Source of the DNA: Lachnospiraceae bacterium UBA3692
GTDB taxonomy: Bacteria; Bacillota; Clostridia; Lachnospirales; Lachnospiraceae
DNA: 64,000 nucleotides
Assembly (NCBI GenBank): GCA_002372815.1
Contig: DFIR01000003.1
Span: forward strand, 9,837 to 73,836
Direction of reading: 5' to 3'
Positions 1-9,748 of this stretch are shown one piece after another. Numbering within the stretch: position 1 is the first letter of the stretch; each line of letters starts with the position of its first letter. Under the pieces are notes generated by a model, which was not told where the DNA came from, searched no databases, and saw only the letters and a program-made list of their open reading frames with translations. The translations under genes and the position numbers were made by a program.

Positions 1-657
1 GAGGCCGTTCCAGAGGCGCACGTCGGGAAGGATCAGCTGCACGTCCGTGCCGGTCCCCTCGGCTGCGACAGCGCCGTCGGCGTCAAGAAGGCGGACAGTG
101 ACGTCTGCCACGCCGTCCGGACAGGAGGTCCATGTCTCCACGCGCACCTCTCCGCGGCGGTAGCCTTCGGCGGGCTTCGCGGTCACCTTGATGCCGGGGC
201 CTCCCAGATGGCCCATCTCAAAATGGTCCCGGTTCACGGTGATCAGGTACACGTCGCGGTAGATCCCGCCGTAGAAGGTGAAGTCGGCCTTCTGCGGATA
301 GACGCGGTCATTGCGGCTGTTGTCCGCCCAGACCTGCAGGTGGTTCTCCTCCGCAAGCAGCTCCGTGATGTCGAAGCGGAAGGTGGAGTAGCCGCCGTCG
401 TGCGTGCCGAGAAGCGTGCCGTTCAGCTGCACCTTCGCGGAGGCGTTGACGCCCCGGAATTCGAGCCAGACCTGCTCGTCGTCTTTGCGGGCAGGTGCGG
501 AAAATGTTTTCTCGTAAAGGCAGGTGCCGCGCCAGTAGTCGTTCCCGCCGTCCTGGCCGTCGAGGGCGTTCCAGGTGTGCGGCAGGTCCACCGGCTGCTT
601 CTTGCCGTCGGGGCCGGTGAAGACCCAGGCGTCGTTGATCAGAGTGACCGTTCTCAT
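1..657 (-). CDS. GH2 beta-galactosidase/beta-glucuronidase, N-terminal part (runs off window start)
   Basis: Manual translation MRTVTLINDAW...LPHTWNALDGQDGGNDYWRG...LEFRGVN...HDGGYSTFRFDIT...ADFTFYGGIYRDV matches the GH2 sugar-binding domain; RBS AAAGGGGG upstream; absent from the ORF track because it is truncated. Confidence 0.9.
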   Translation of the reverse strand, partial: MRTVTLINDAWVFTGPDGKKQPVDLPHTWNALDGQDGGNDYWRGTCLYEKTFSAPARKDDEQVWLEFRGVNASAKVQLNGTLLGTHDGGYSTFRFDITELLAEENHLQVWADNSRNDRVYPQKADFTFYGGIYRDVYLITVNRDHFEMGHLGGPGIKVTAKPAEGYRRGEVRVETWTSCPDGVADVTVRLLDADGAVAAEGTGTDVQLILPDVRLWNGL

Positions 658-839
658 TGTTACCCCCTTTGTGATCCGCAGGGACGTCCGCGCGGATGAA
701 TACTGAAACATATATCTGTCTCTATCTTATTGCGCACGCGCACGCGAACAACCGATACGGAATAAACCGCAGGTCTGACAGCATAATTGACATGAATTTG
801 CGGTTGGTCTTACAATAAATATCTGATGGGAGGAGCACT

Positions 840-1553
840 ATGAGACAGTATCTGACAGCCATCATAGAGGACGATGCGGAGTACGCCGCCTATCTGCAGA
901 CATGCCTGCAGAGATACGGCGCCGAGAAGGACTGCGCCTTTCAGATCCGGAGCTTCGGCCGCGCCGAGGCCTTCCTTTCGGGCGAGCAGGGGCTGTATGA
1001 CCTGGTCTTCATGGACGTCGAGCTGGGGGAAGGCTGGATGAACGGGATCGAGGCGGCGCGCGCGCTGCGGGAGAAGGGCAGCATGGCCATGCTGTTCTTC
1101 GTCACCAACATGCCCCAGTACGCGCCGAGCGGCTACGATGTGGACGCCATCGACTACCTGATCAAGCCCGTCAATTACCGCGCCCTGTCGGTGAAACTGG
1201 ACAAGGCACTGCGGATCCTGCAGCAGCGCAGCGGCATTCCCGTCCGGATCCGGCTCCGGGACGGCCTGCGGGTCGTGTCCTCCGCGGAGATCCGCTATAT
1301 CGAGGTCATGGGCCATGACCTCATGTTCCATACGGACAAGGAAGTGATCACCGCCTACGGCGGCCTCAAGGAGCGCGAGACGGAGCTCGCCGGGCAGGGA
1401 TTCGCCAGGTGCAGCGCCTCGGTGCTCGTCAACCTGCGCCACGTGACCGGCCTCTACGGCGATGAGATCAGTGTCGGGGACGAGCGGATCCGGATCGGGC
1501 GCTCGAAGAGGAAAGAGTTCCTGACGCGGCTCAATCAGTATCTCGGAGGATAG
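840..1553 (+). CDS. LytTR-family response regulator (AgrA/LytR-like)
   Basis: Receiver IIEDD...LVFMDVEL...MNGIEAA...YLIKPV followed by LytTR domain IRYIEVMGH...FARCSASVLVNLRHV; RBS GGAGGA. Confidence 0.93.
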   Translation: MRQYLTAIIEDDAEYAAYLQTCLQRYGAEKDCAFQIRSFGRAEAFLSGEQGLYDLVFMDVELGEGWMNGIEAARALREKGSMAMLFFVTNMPQYAPSGYDVDAIDYLIKPVNYRALSVKLDKALRILQQRSGIPVRIRLRDGLRVVSSAEIRYIEVMGHDLMFHTDKEVITAYGGLKERETELAGQGFARCSASVLVNLRHVTGLYGDEISVGDERIRIGRSKRKEFLTRLNQYLGG

Positions 1554-1559
1554 AAGGGG

Positions 1560-2906
1560 ATGCCTTTTTCCGCATTTCTATACCCGCGGCTGGAGGCGGC
1601 AGCGTACCTGGCGGAGATCCTGATCGCGGAATACCTGTTTCTCGGCGGCCTGGTCAAAAGGCCGCATTTTATCCTGCGGGCAGCCGGAAGCGGTCTGCTC
1701 GTTCTTCTGGTGGGCACTGTTTCGGGCATTCCGGCACAGGCCGGATTCCCCAGGTTCCTGTGGTTTCTCTGCGCCATGGCGGCGTGTATCGCGGCCGCCG
1801 TCTGCTGCTTCGAAGACGATGTCTTCACGGTGAGCTCCGCCTGTGTCGCCGGTTTCGCGACGCAGCACATCGCCAACAAATGTACCATTCTGCTGGGGCT
1901 GATCCCGGTGGTCTCCAAGATCCTGGCCCACAGCGAGGAGATGCACGCCGTGCTGGAGATCCTGGTCTTCGGCTATATCTATCTTCTGATCTATTATGTC
2001 TTCGGACGCAGGAACCGCGGGAAGGCGGACAACATCCAGCTGCGGATCCTGGCGATCGTGATCATCCTCACCTGCATCGGCGTCAACCGCCTGGTGGTCG
2101 ACAGCGCCACCGGCAACGTATACTTTGAGATCGCCGCCTGTATCTACGCGATCCTCTGCTGCGTCTTCGCGCTCATGATCCAGTTCACGATCGCCCGCTG
2201 GCAGGAGGCCGACACGGAGCGGCTCCTGATCCGCCAGCACCTCGCCGACGCGGAGAAGCAGTACGAGCAGTGGACCGTGAACGCCGGCATGATCAAGGTG
2301 TGGATCCATGACCTGCGGCACCTGATGGACCGCATCGAGAGACACGCGAAGTCCGGGCAGGGGGACGGCGCGCGCGTGCCGGACCTGACGGCGATCCGGG
2401 AGGCGGTCGACCGGCTGTCCCCGACGGTGCGGACGGGCAACGACACGCTGGACACCCTTCTGCGCAATACGGACGACCTGTGCCGGCAGAACGGGATCAC
2501 GCTGCAGTGCGTCGCCTATGCCGACTGCCTGAAGAATCTGGACGGGACGCGCCTGTATTTCCTCTTCCAGAACGCCATCGACAACGCGGTCGAGAGCGTG
2601 AGCGCCATCGAGGACCCGGAGAAGCGCCTGATCGACATCAGCATCCGCAGCTTCGGCGACTCCGCCTCCATCCGGATCTGGAACTACTACGCCGGCCGGG
2701 TCTCCTTCTCGGACGGCCTGCCGGTCAGCAGGAGGCAGTCGCAGGGCCACGGCTACGGGATGAAGAGCATGCAGCGCATCGTGGACGCCTTCGGCGGCGT
2801 CATGGACGCCCGGACGGAGGGGGAGATCTTCCGGCTGGACATCATGCTGCCCACGCCGCGGAGCGGCGGAGACGGAGTGCCGGCAGCGGGCTCAGGAGGG
2901 TTTTGA
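1560..2906 (+). CDS. AgrC-like GHKL sensor histidine kinase
   Basis: Multiple N-terminal TM helices, H-box IHDLRH, N-box FQNAIDNAVE, G-box HGYGMKSM; directly follows the LytTR regulator. Confidence 0.9.
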   Translation: MPFSAFLYPRLEAAAYLAEILIAEYLFLGGLVKRPHFILRAAGSGLLVLLVGTVSGIPAQAGFPRFLWFLCAMAACIAAAVCCFEDDVFTVSSACVAGFATQHIANKCTILLGLIPVVSKILAHSEEMHAVLEILVFGYIYLLIYYVFGRRNRGKADNIQLRILAIVIILTCIGVNRLVVDSATGNVYFEIAACIYAILCCVFALMIQFTIARWQEADTERLLIRQHLADAEKQYEQWTVNAGMIKVWIHDLRHLMDRIERHAKSGQGDGARVPDLTAIREAVDRLSPTVRTGNDTLDTLLRNTDDLCRQNGITLQCVAYADCLKNLDGTRLYFLFQNAIDNAVESVSAIEDPEKRLIDISIRSFGDSASIRIWNYYAGRVSFSDGLPVSRRQSQGHGYGMKSMQRIVDAFGGVMDARTEGEIFRLDIMLPTPRSGGDGVPAAGSGGF

Positions 2907-2993
2907 TTGAGAATCCGCGGCGCCTGGTGTATAGTATTGGGATAAAGCAGAATCCGGCGGGCCGCGTCCCGCTGTTACACGGAGACGATATAT

Positions 2994-3815
2994 TTGAAAG
3001 AATTCTGGAATAAATGGAAGGACAGAATCATTCCGGTCGCCATGCTGATTGCGGTGGTGTACCTGGTCTGGCTTGCCTTCGGCAGGATGCTCCCCGGCCT
3101 GATCCCGCTTCTGCGGGAGGGAAACGAGGAAGCGATCGAACACTATCTCGCACAGCAGAGCGGGATCAAGGGCATCATCAGCGTGCTGCTTCTGTCGATG
3201 ATCCAGGTGGTCAGTGTCGTGCTTCCGGGTATGGCGATCCAGGTCGCGGCGGGAGTGATTTATGGCTGGTGGAAGGCCTTTCTTCTCTGCTATACTGGGT
3301 TTGTCATTGCAAATCTGCTTGTCTTTTATTTTGACCGCAGTGTGGGCGGCGAGAGCGGCGAGATCCATGTGAAGGGATGGGCCGCTTCTTTTCTGAAGAA
3401 GCTCATGGATATGGATCCTGTCTATATGGTCGGGATCGCATGCCTGATCCCCGCGATCCCGAACGGGATCATCCCCCACATCGCGGCGCGGTCGAAAGCG
3501 ACCCTGAAGCAGTTTGCGATCGGCGTGGCGGGGTGCTGCTGGATCCAGATCCTCACGTCCTGCCTGGCGGGAAGTTTCATCATTCAGGGGGAGTGGCTGT
3601 TCACCATCCTGTGCATCGGCGCGCAGGTCCTCCTGATCGCGTTCATCGTGTGGCGCAGGGAGACCGTACTGCGGCTGCTGGAGGATCTCCGGGTCGTCCG
3701 CAACCGGGCACGCTTCCGGCTGACCGGGAAGGCGATCGGGGAGATGACGCTGCAGAAGGACCGCCCGGGAGACCAGGAGAAAGAGGCCGGAAGAGAACAT
3801 GGCGGAGAGACCTGA
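2994..3815 (+). CDS. TVP38/TMEM64 (VTT/DedA-like) membrane protein
   Basis: QVVSVVLPG...AAGVIYGWW...LIPAIPNGIIPH motif pattern; hydrophobic. Confidence 0.75.
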   Translation: MKEFWNKWKDRIIPVAMLIAVVYLVWLAFGRMLPGLIPLLREGNEEAIEHYLAQQSGIKGIISVLLLSMIQVVSVVLPGMAIQVAAGVIYGWWKAFLLCYTGFVIANLLVFYFDRSVGGESGEIHVKGWAASFLKKLMDMDPVYMVGIACLIPAIPNGIIPHIAARSKATLKQFAIGVAGCCWIQILTSCLAGSFIIQGEWLFTILCIGAQVLLIAFIVWRRETVLRLLEDLRVVRNRARFRLTGKAIGEMTLQKDRPGDQEKEAGREHGGET

Positions 3816-4383
3816 GAGAAAAGAGACCAGCAAAGAGAATATCGAACAGGCTCTGGCGGCGAGCCTGAAGGAACTGACGGTGCGGCAGCCTTTCGACAAG
3901 ATCACGATCCGGCAGATCACGGACGGGGCCGGGGTGATCCGCGTGACCTTCTACAACCATTTTCAGGACAAATATGATCTGCTCGGGTGGATCATCCGGA
4001 GCGAGATCCTCGCGCCGGTCGGGATCCTGTTCGAGAACGGCATGTACAGGGAGGCCATACACCTGATCTTCGCGAACATGCAGAAGGACCGCGCCTTCTA
4101 CACCGCCGCGGTGCATATCGAGGGGCAGAACTCCTTCGCGGAGATCAGCAGGCAGTGCATCTACGAGCTGCTGCTGCAGCTTTTTTCGGCACATGCGGCC
4201 GGGAAGCCGGCGAAGCACGCGTGGCTGACGCCGGAGCAGTTCGCCCAGTATTACGCGGAATCCATGAACTTCATCGTGCTGTCCTGGATCCGGTCGGGCA
4301 TGACCGTCTCGCCGGAGGAGATGGCAATGATCTACGAATACGTCGGCACACGTTCGATGTGGGACGTACTGCAGGAACTGTAA
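3799..4383 (+). CDS. TetR/AcrR-family transcriptional regulator (DhaS-like)
   Basis: N-terminal HTH PFDKITIRQITDGAGVIRVTFYNHFQDKYDLL. Confidence 0.9.
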   Translation: MAERPERKETSKENIEQALAASLKELTVRQPFDKITIRQITDGAGVIRVTFYNHFQDKYDLLGWIIRSEILAPVGILFENGMYREAIHLIFANMQKDRAFYTAAVHIEGQNSFAEISRQCIYELLLQLFSAHAAGKPAKHAWLTPEQFAQYYAESMNFIVLSWIRSGMTVSPEEMAMIYEYVGTRSMWDVLQEL

Positions 4384-4432
4384 ACGGCGGAAACGCTCCG
4401 GGCGGGACAGACGCTTCACAACAGGAGGAAAC

Positions 4433-4849
4433 ATGGCACAGCAAGAAGAACTGTTCAGAAAGAAGAGCCTCGAGAGGATCTCCTCTCCGGAACAGCTGCA
4501 GGACTATATGCGCGTCACGACGCCGGGGACATGGATGCTCCTTCTGGCGGTGATCATCCTGCTCGGCGGACTGCTCGTATGCAGCGTGCTTGGCAGGGTC
4601 GAGACGACGGTCTCCGGAAAGGCCCAGGTACAGGGCGGCACCGCGACCGTTGAGGTGGAGGAGAAGACGGAGAAGGTCGAACCCGGCATGACGCTGCGGA
4701 TCGGGGACCTGGAGATGTCTGTCGAACAGGTGCGGCGGGAAGAGGACGGCGCGGCCTACGCGTCCGCGGCCGTGGATCTGCCGGACGGGAACTATGACGC
4801 GGTCATCGTCACGGAATCCATATCGCCCATTACTTTTCTGGTGAACTGA
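4433..4849 (+). CDS. Short NHLM/NHLP bacteriocin-system secretion (membrane-fusion-like) protein
   Basis: Characteristic N-terminus LFRKKSLERISSPEQLQDYMRVT, one TM helix, C-terminus ESISPITFLVN; lies before the NHLP transporters. Confidence 0.85.
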   Translation: MAQQEELFRKKSLERISSPEQLQDYMRVTTPGTWMLLLAVIILLGGLLVCSVLGRVETTVSGKAQVQGGTATVEVEEKTEKVEPGMTLRIGDLEMSVEQVRREEDGAAYASAAVDLPDGNYDAVIVTESISPITFLVN

Positions 4850-4865
4850 CGGGAGGACGGCGGAT

Positions 4866-7064
4866 ATGTCTGAGGCGAACAGCAGCAAGGGCAGAAAGAT
4901 CCGGCAGCCTCTCACAAAAGGTGTCGCCGATGTGCCGGTCGTGATGCAGATGGAGGCGCTGGAATGCGGCGCCGCTTGTCTGACGATGGTCATGGCCTAT
5001 TACAGCAAGTGGGTGCCGCTGGAACAGGTGCGTCTGGACTGCGGCGTCTCGCGCGACGGTTCCAACGCCCGCAATATGCTGGCGGCCGCCCGCAACTACG
5101 GTTTTGAGGCGGACGGCTACCGCATGGAAGTGGACGCTCTGAAGAAGAACGCGAAGCTGCCCTGCATCATTCATTGGAATTTCAACCATTTTGTCGTGCT
5201 CTGCGGATTCCGCGGAGACAAGGCGGTCCTCAACGACCCGGCCCGCGGGACGGTCCGGGTGTCCATGGAGGAGTTCGACACGGCCTTCACCGGCATCTGC
5301 CTGATGATCACGCCGGGAGAGAATTTCGTCCCCTCCGGCAAGAGGAAGAGCACGCTCGAGTTCGCGGCGAAGCGCCTGCGCGGCGCCGGCGCTGCGGTCC
5401 TGTTCGTGATGCTCACGTCCGTGATCAGCTACATGTTCGGGATCATCAACCCCATGATGACCAGGATCTTCATGGACCGGCTGCTCACGGGGCGCAACCC
5501 GGAGTGGCTGCAGCCGTTCATCATGGTCATGTCGCTCCTGTGCGTCATCCAGCTGACGGTCCTGTGGGCGCAGACCATCTATTCCCTCCGGATCAACGGA
5601 AAGATGGCGGTGATGGGGAGCACCTCCTACATGTGGAAGGTGCTGCGCCTGCCGATGGAATTTTTCTCCCAGCGGCTCACAGGAGATATCCTGCAGAGGG
5701 CCTCGACCAACGCGACGATCGCGGGTACGCTCGTGCAGACCGCGGCCCCGCTGGCCCTCAACACGATCATGATGATCTTCTACCTGGTGCTGATGCTGCG
5801 GTACAGCCCGGTCCTCACGCTGGTGGGCATCGTGTCGGTATCGCTGAACCTCGCCGTCGGCCGCTTCCTCTCTGCGAAGAAAGTGAACCTGACCCGCGTC
5901 CAGCTGCGCGACCAGGGCAAGCTCGAATCGACCACCCTCGCCGGCATCAGCATGGCGGAGACGATCCGGGCCTCGGGGGCGGAGAGCGGATTCTTCCGGA
6001 AATGGTCCGGCTACCAGGCTTCCGTGAACACACAGAACGTGAAGATGACCTCCATGAGCGCCGGCTTCGGCCTGCTCCCCGCCTTCATCGGGATCGCCGC
6101 CAACTACGCGGTACTGATCATGGGCGTCTACTTCGCGATGTCCTCGGACTTCACACTTGGTAAAATTACGGTCTTCCAGGGATTCCTGGCCTCCTTCATG
6201 GGACCGGCGATGACGCTGATCTCCGCGGGGCAGATCATCCAGGAGATGCGCACCCAGATGGAGCGCGTGGAAGACGTCATGGAATACCCGGAGGATCCGA
6301 ACGTCCGGGAGATGTCCGCGGAGGCGGACGTCGATTACGCCAAGCTGGGGGGCCATGTGGAGCTCAAAAATGTCACCTTCGGCTACTCCCGGCTGGGAAA
6401 TCCTGTCGTGCAGGACATCTCGATCGACATCAAGCCGGGGAGCCGTGTCGCCATCGTCGGCGCCAGCGGCTGCGGCAAGTCGACGATCAGCAAGCTGATC
6501 TCCGGACTCTATGAGCCCTGGAGCGGGGAGATCCTCTTCGACGGGAAGCCGATCCGGGACATCCACAGGGGCGTCTTCATCGGTTCGCTGGCGGTCGTCG
6601 ACCAGGATATCATCCTGTTCGAGGATACCATCGCCGAGAACATCCGGATGTGGGACAGCTCCATCCAGGACTTCGAAGTCATTCTGGCCGCGAGGGACGC
6701 GCAGATCCACGACGACATCCTGCAGCGGCCCGGCGGATACCGCTGCCGCCTCACAGAGAACGGCAAGGACCTCTCGGGAGGCCAGAGACAGCGCCTCGAG
6801 ATCGCCCGTGTGCTGGCGCAGGATCCCACGATCCTGATCATGGACGAGGCCACCAGCGCGCTGGATGCCCGCACCGAGTACGACGTGGTGCGCGCGGTCA
6901 GCGACCGGGGCATCACCTGCATCGTGATCGCGCACAGACTTTCCACCATCCGGGACTGCGACGAGATCATCGTGCTGGACCACGGGAAGATCGTGGAGAG
7001 AGGCACGCACGACGAACTGTACGCGCTGGGCGGCGCCTACACGCAGCTGGTCACGAGCGACTGA
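4866..7064 (+). CDS. NHLP-family export ABC transporter, C39 peptidase/permease/ATPase subunit
   Basis: C39 motif QMEALECGAACL and HWNFNHFVV; Walker A GASGCGKST; LSGGQRQRL; DEATSALD. Confidence 0.95.
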   Translation: MSEANSSKGRKIRQPLTKGVADVPVVMQMEALECGAACLTMVMAYYSKWVPLEQVRLDCGVSRDGSNARNMLAAARNYGFEADGYRMEVDALKKNAKLPCIIHWNFNHFVVLCGFRGDKAVLNDPARGTVRVSMEEFDTAFTGICLMITPGENFVPSGKRKSTLEFAAKRLRGAGAAVLFVMLTSVISYMFGIINPMMTRIFMDRLLTGRNPEWLQPFIMVMSLLCVIQLTVLWAQTIYSLRINGKMAVMGSTSYMWKVLRLPMEFFSQRLTGDILQRASTNATIAGTLVQTAAPLALNTIMMIFYLVLMLRYSPVLTLVGIVSVSLNLAVGRFLSAKKVNLTRVQLRDQGKLESTTLAGISMAETIRASGAESGFFRKWSGYQASVNTQNVKMTSMSAGFGLLPAFIGIAANYAVLIMGVYFAMSSDFTLGKITVFQGFLASFMGPAMTLISAGQIIQEMRTQMERVEDVMEYPEDPNVREMSAEADVDYAKLGGHVELKNVTFGYSRLGNPVVQDISIDIKPGSRVAIVGASGCGKSTISKLISGLYEPWSGEILFDGKPIRDIHRGVFIGSLAVVDQDIILFEDTIAENIRMWDSSIQDFEVILAARDAQIHDDILQRPGGYRCRLTENGKDLSGGQRQRLEIARVLAQDPTILIMDEATSALDARTEYDVVRAVSDRGITCIVIAHRLSTIRDCDEIIVLDHGKIVERGTHDELYALGGAYTQLVTSD

Positions 7065-7121
7065 CCTTCGGGACCGGCCCTTCGGGCCGGCCGCAGAGGA
7101 ATGACCTGAGAGGAATGACAG

Positions 7122-9425
7122 ATGGGTTGGTTTGACGAACAGATCCGGGAGAGGATGCAGAAGGACCAGGAGGTCTTCGAGGACGCCTTTCTGGAGGTCG
7201 CGGGTGCCGTACTGGGCGGCCGCGGCGCTGCCCGGCTGATGGATGAGCGCCTGGCTGCCCGCGAGGCGCTGGACGAGATCCTGAAATACTATCACTATAA
7301 ACCTGCTCCGGAGGTGCCGGATTCGATCAAGACCGCAGAGGAGCAGATCGAATATGTGCTACGGCCCTACGGCCTGATGACGCGGAACGTGAAGCTCGAA
7401 CCGGGCTGGCAGCACGACGCGATCGGGCCGATGCTGGGCGTCCTGGAGGAGTCCGGCGCGGCGGTGGCACTGCTTCCGGGGATCCTGCGCGGATACACCT
7501 TCAAGGATCCGGAGACCGGCGAGACCGTGCCTGTCAATGACAGGACCGCGAAGAGACTGTCCCCGGAGGCGCTCTGCTTCTACCGGCCGCTGCCGATGAA
7601 GCGCCTGGGGATCCCGGACCTGCTGATCTACATGCGCGACTGCATCTCCGCGCGCGACCTGGTCCTGATCTTCCTGGGGACGCTGGCCGTCATTCTCGCG
7701 GGCATGATCGAACCGCGGGTCTACCAGGCCATCACCGGGCCGGTCCTCGCGAGCCGCAACGTCTCGCTGCTGATCGGCATGGCGGTCTTCCTGCTGTGCG
7801 CGGCCTTCGCCGGACAGCTGCTCGGGTCGGTCAAGAACCTCCTGATGAAGCGGATCACCGCCAAGACCTCGCTCGCCGTCGAGGCGGCGGTCATGATGCG
7901 GATCCTGTCGCTGCCCCTGAGCTTCTTCCGGAAGTTCTCCTCGGGTGAACTTTCCAGCAGAGCGGACTCCGTGGGATCCCTCTGCAGCATGCTGCTGGAC
8001 CAGATTCTGTCCACGGGACTCTCGTCGGTGCTGTCGCTCCTGTACGTCACACAGATCTTTCGCTTCACGCCCATGCTCGTGTGGCCGTCCATCGCGATCA
8101 TCCTGGTGACCGTCGGCCTCAGCCTGGCCGTCTCCTTCCTGCAGATGAAGATCTCCGCCCAGCAGATGCAGCTCTCCGCGGAGGAGTCCGGCATGAGCTA
8201 CGCCCTCGTCAGCGGGATCCGGAAGATCCGTCTGGCTGGCGCTGAGAAGCGCGCCTTCGCGCGCTGGGCGAAGCATTACGCGAAGGGCGCCGCCCTCCAG
8301 TACGATCCGCCCGCTCTGGTGAAGCTGAACGGCGTCCTCATGACCGCCGTCTCCCTGATCGGCACCATCATCCTCTACGACCTCTCCGTCCGCTCCGGCG
8401 TGACACCTTCGTCCTACTTCGCGTTCAGCGCCGCCTACGGAAGAGTCATGGGGACTTTCCAGTCCCTGGCCGGCATCGTGATCTCGACAGCTTCGATCAA
8501 GCCCGTGCTCGACATGGCGGCCCCCATCCTGGAGACAGAGCCGGAGATGACAGCGGACAAGGAGATCCTGACCCGCGTCTCCGGAAAGATGGAGATGAGC
8601 CACGTCTGGTTCCGCTACGAGGAGGACGCCCCCTACATCCTGCAGGATCTCTCCCTGCAGATCAAGGCAGGAGAGTATGTGGCGATCGTCGGCCGGACCG
8701 GCTGCGGCAAGTCCACGCTGATCCGCCTGCTCCTCGGCTTTGAGAAGCCGGAGAAAGGCGCCGTCTTCTACGACGGCAGAGACCTGAACACCATCGACCC
8801 CCGCTCGCTGCGCAAGCAGATGGGCGTCGTGACGCAGAACGGGGACCTCTTCCAGGGGGACATCTACTCCAACATCACCATCTCCGCGCCGCACCTGACC
8901 CTCGAGGAAGCCTGGGAGGCCGCAGAGACGGCCGGCATCGCGGAGGACATCCGCCGGATGCCCATGGGCATGCACACCGTCATCTCGGAGGGCTCGGGCG
9001 GGATCTCCGGCGGCCAGCGGCAGCGCCTGATGATCGCGCGCGCCATCGCCCCGAAGCCGAAGATCCTCATCTTCGACGAGGCGACCAGCGCCCTGGACAA
9101 CGTGACCCAGAAGAAGGTCACGGAAGCTCTGGACAAGCTCCACTGCACCAGGATCGTGATCGCCCACAGACTCAGCACCATCCGCTCCTGCGACCGCATC
9201 CTGCTCCTCGACAAGGGCAGGATCGCAGAGGAAGGCACCTATGACGAACTGATCGCGAAGGGCGGCACCTTCGCCGATCTCATCGCCCGGCAGAGACTGC
9301 ACACAGAGACACCAGAAACAAAGGATACAGCAGCTGCAGAAGATACAGCGGTAACAGAAGACACAGCAGAAACAAAAGAAGCGTCAGAAACAAAAGATGC
9401 AAAGGAGGATCAGAACAATGACTGA
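7122..9425 (+). CDS. NHLP-family export ABC transporter, permease/ATPase subunit
   Basis: MGWFDEQIRER start typical of this family, TM domain, GRTGCGKST, ISGGQRQRL, DEATSALD; no C39 cysteine. Confidence 0.93.
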   Translation: MGWFDEQIRERMQKDQEVFEDAFLEVAGAVLGGRGAARLMDERLAAREALDEILKYYHYKPAPEVPDSIKTAEEQIEYVLRPYGLMTRNVKLEPGWQHDAIGPMLGVLEESGAAVALLPGILRGYTFKDPETGETVPVNDRTAKRLSPEALCFYRPLPMKRLGIPDLLIYMRDCISARDLVLIFLGTLAVILAGMIEPRVYQAITGPVLASRNVSLLIGMAVFLLCAAFAGQLLGSVKNLLMKRITAKTSLAVEAAVMMRILSLPLSFFRKFSSGELSSRADSVGSLCSMLLDQILSTGLSSVLSLLYVTQIFRFTPMLVWPSIAIILVTVGLSLAVSFLQMKISAQQMQLSAEESGMSYALVSGIRKIRLAGAEKRAFARWAKHYAKGAALQYDPPALVKLNGVLMTAVSLIGTIILYDLSVRSGVTPSSYFAFSAAYGRVMGTFQSLAGIVISTASIKPVLDMAAPILETEPEMTADKEILTRVSGKMEMSHVWFRYEEDAPYILQDLSLQIKAGEYVAIVGRTGCGKSTLIRLLLGFEKPEKGAVFYDGRDLNTIDPRSLRKQMGVVTQNGDLFQGDIYSNITISAPHLTLEEAWEAAETAGIAEDIRRMPMGMHTVISEGSGGISGGQRQRLMIARAIAPKPKILIFDEATSALDNVTQKKVTEALDKLHCTRIVIAHRLSTIRSCDRILLLDKGRIAEEGTYDELIAKGGTFADLIARQRLHTETPETKDTAAAEDTAVTEDTAETKEASETKDAKEDQNND

Positions 9426-9714
9426 CAGGAACATCCAGGCGGAACGCATCACAGATGACCTGCTGGCCGACATCTCCGGCGGTACCGGCGTCGACACCGT
9501 CCTGCAGGGCACCGTCCCCGGACTCGCCAATATGCGCAAACTGACCGAGGCCGGCCAGGAAATCGTCGGAAGCGCCGACCCCGCCGCCGCAACGAAAATG
9601 ACCGCCGCCTCCGCCCAGTCCTACTGCGACGTCTGCGGCAAAAAGACAGAATTCCTCGTCGTCTCCGGCGGCAGAGCCTTCTGCAAAGTCTGCGGCACCG
9701 CCAAGGAGCTGTAA
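9418..9714 (+). CDS. Double-glycine-leader precursor peptide with C-terminal CxxC...CxxC zinc ribbon
   Basis: RBS AAGGAGGA then ATG 9418; leader ERITDDLLADISGG; C-terminus YCDVCGKKTEFLVVSGGRAFCKVCG. Confidence 0.8.
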   Translation: MTDRNIQAERITDDLLADISGGTGVDTVLQGTVPGLANMRKLTEAGQEIVGSADPAAATKMTAASAQSYCDVCGKKTEFLVVSGGRAFCKVCGTAKEL

Positions 9715-9748
9715 ACCGGAAGCATACTGTTCAGCAGCACGAAAAAAA

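Noticed and set aside
208-699. Plus-strand 163-aa ORF
   Set aside because: Antisense shadow of the GH2 gene on the minus strand
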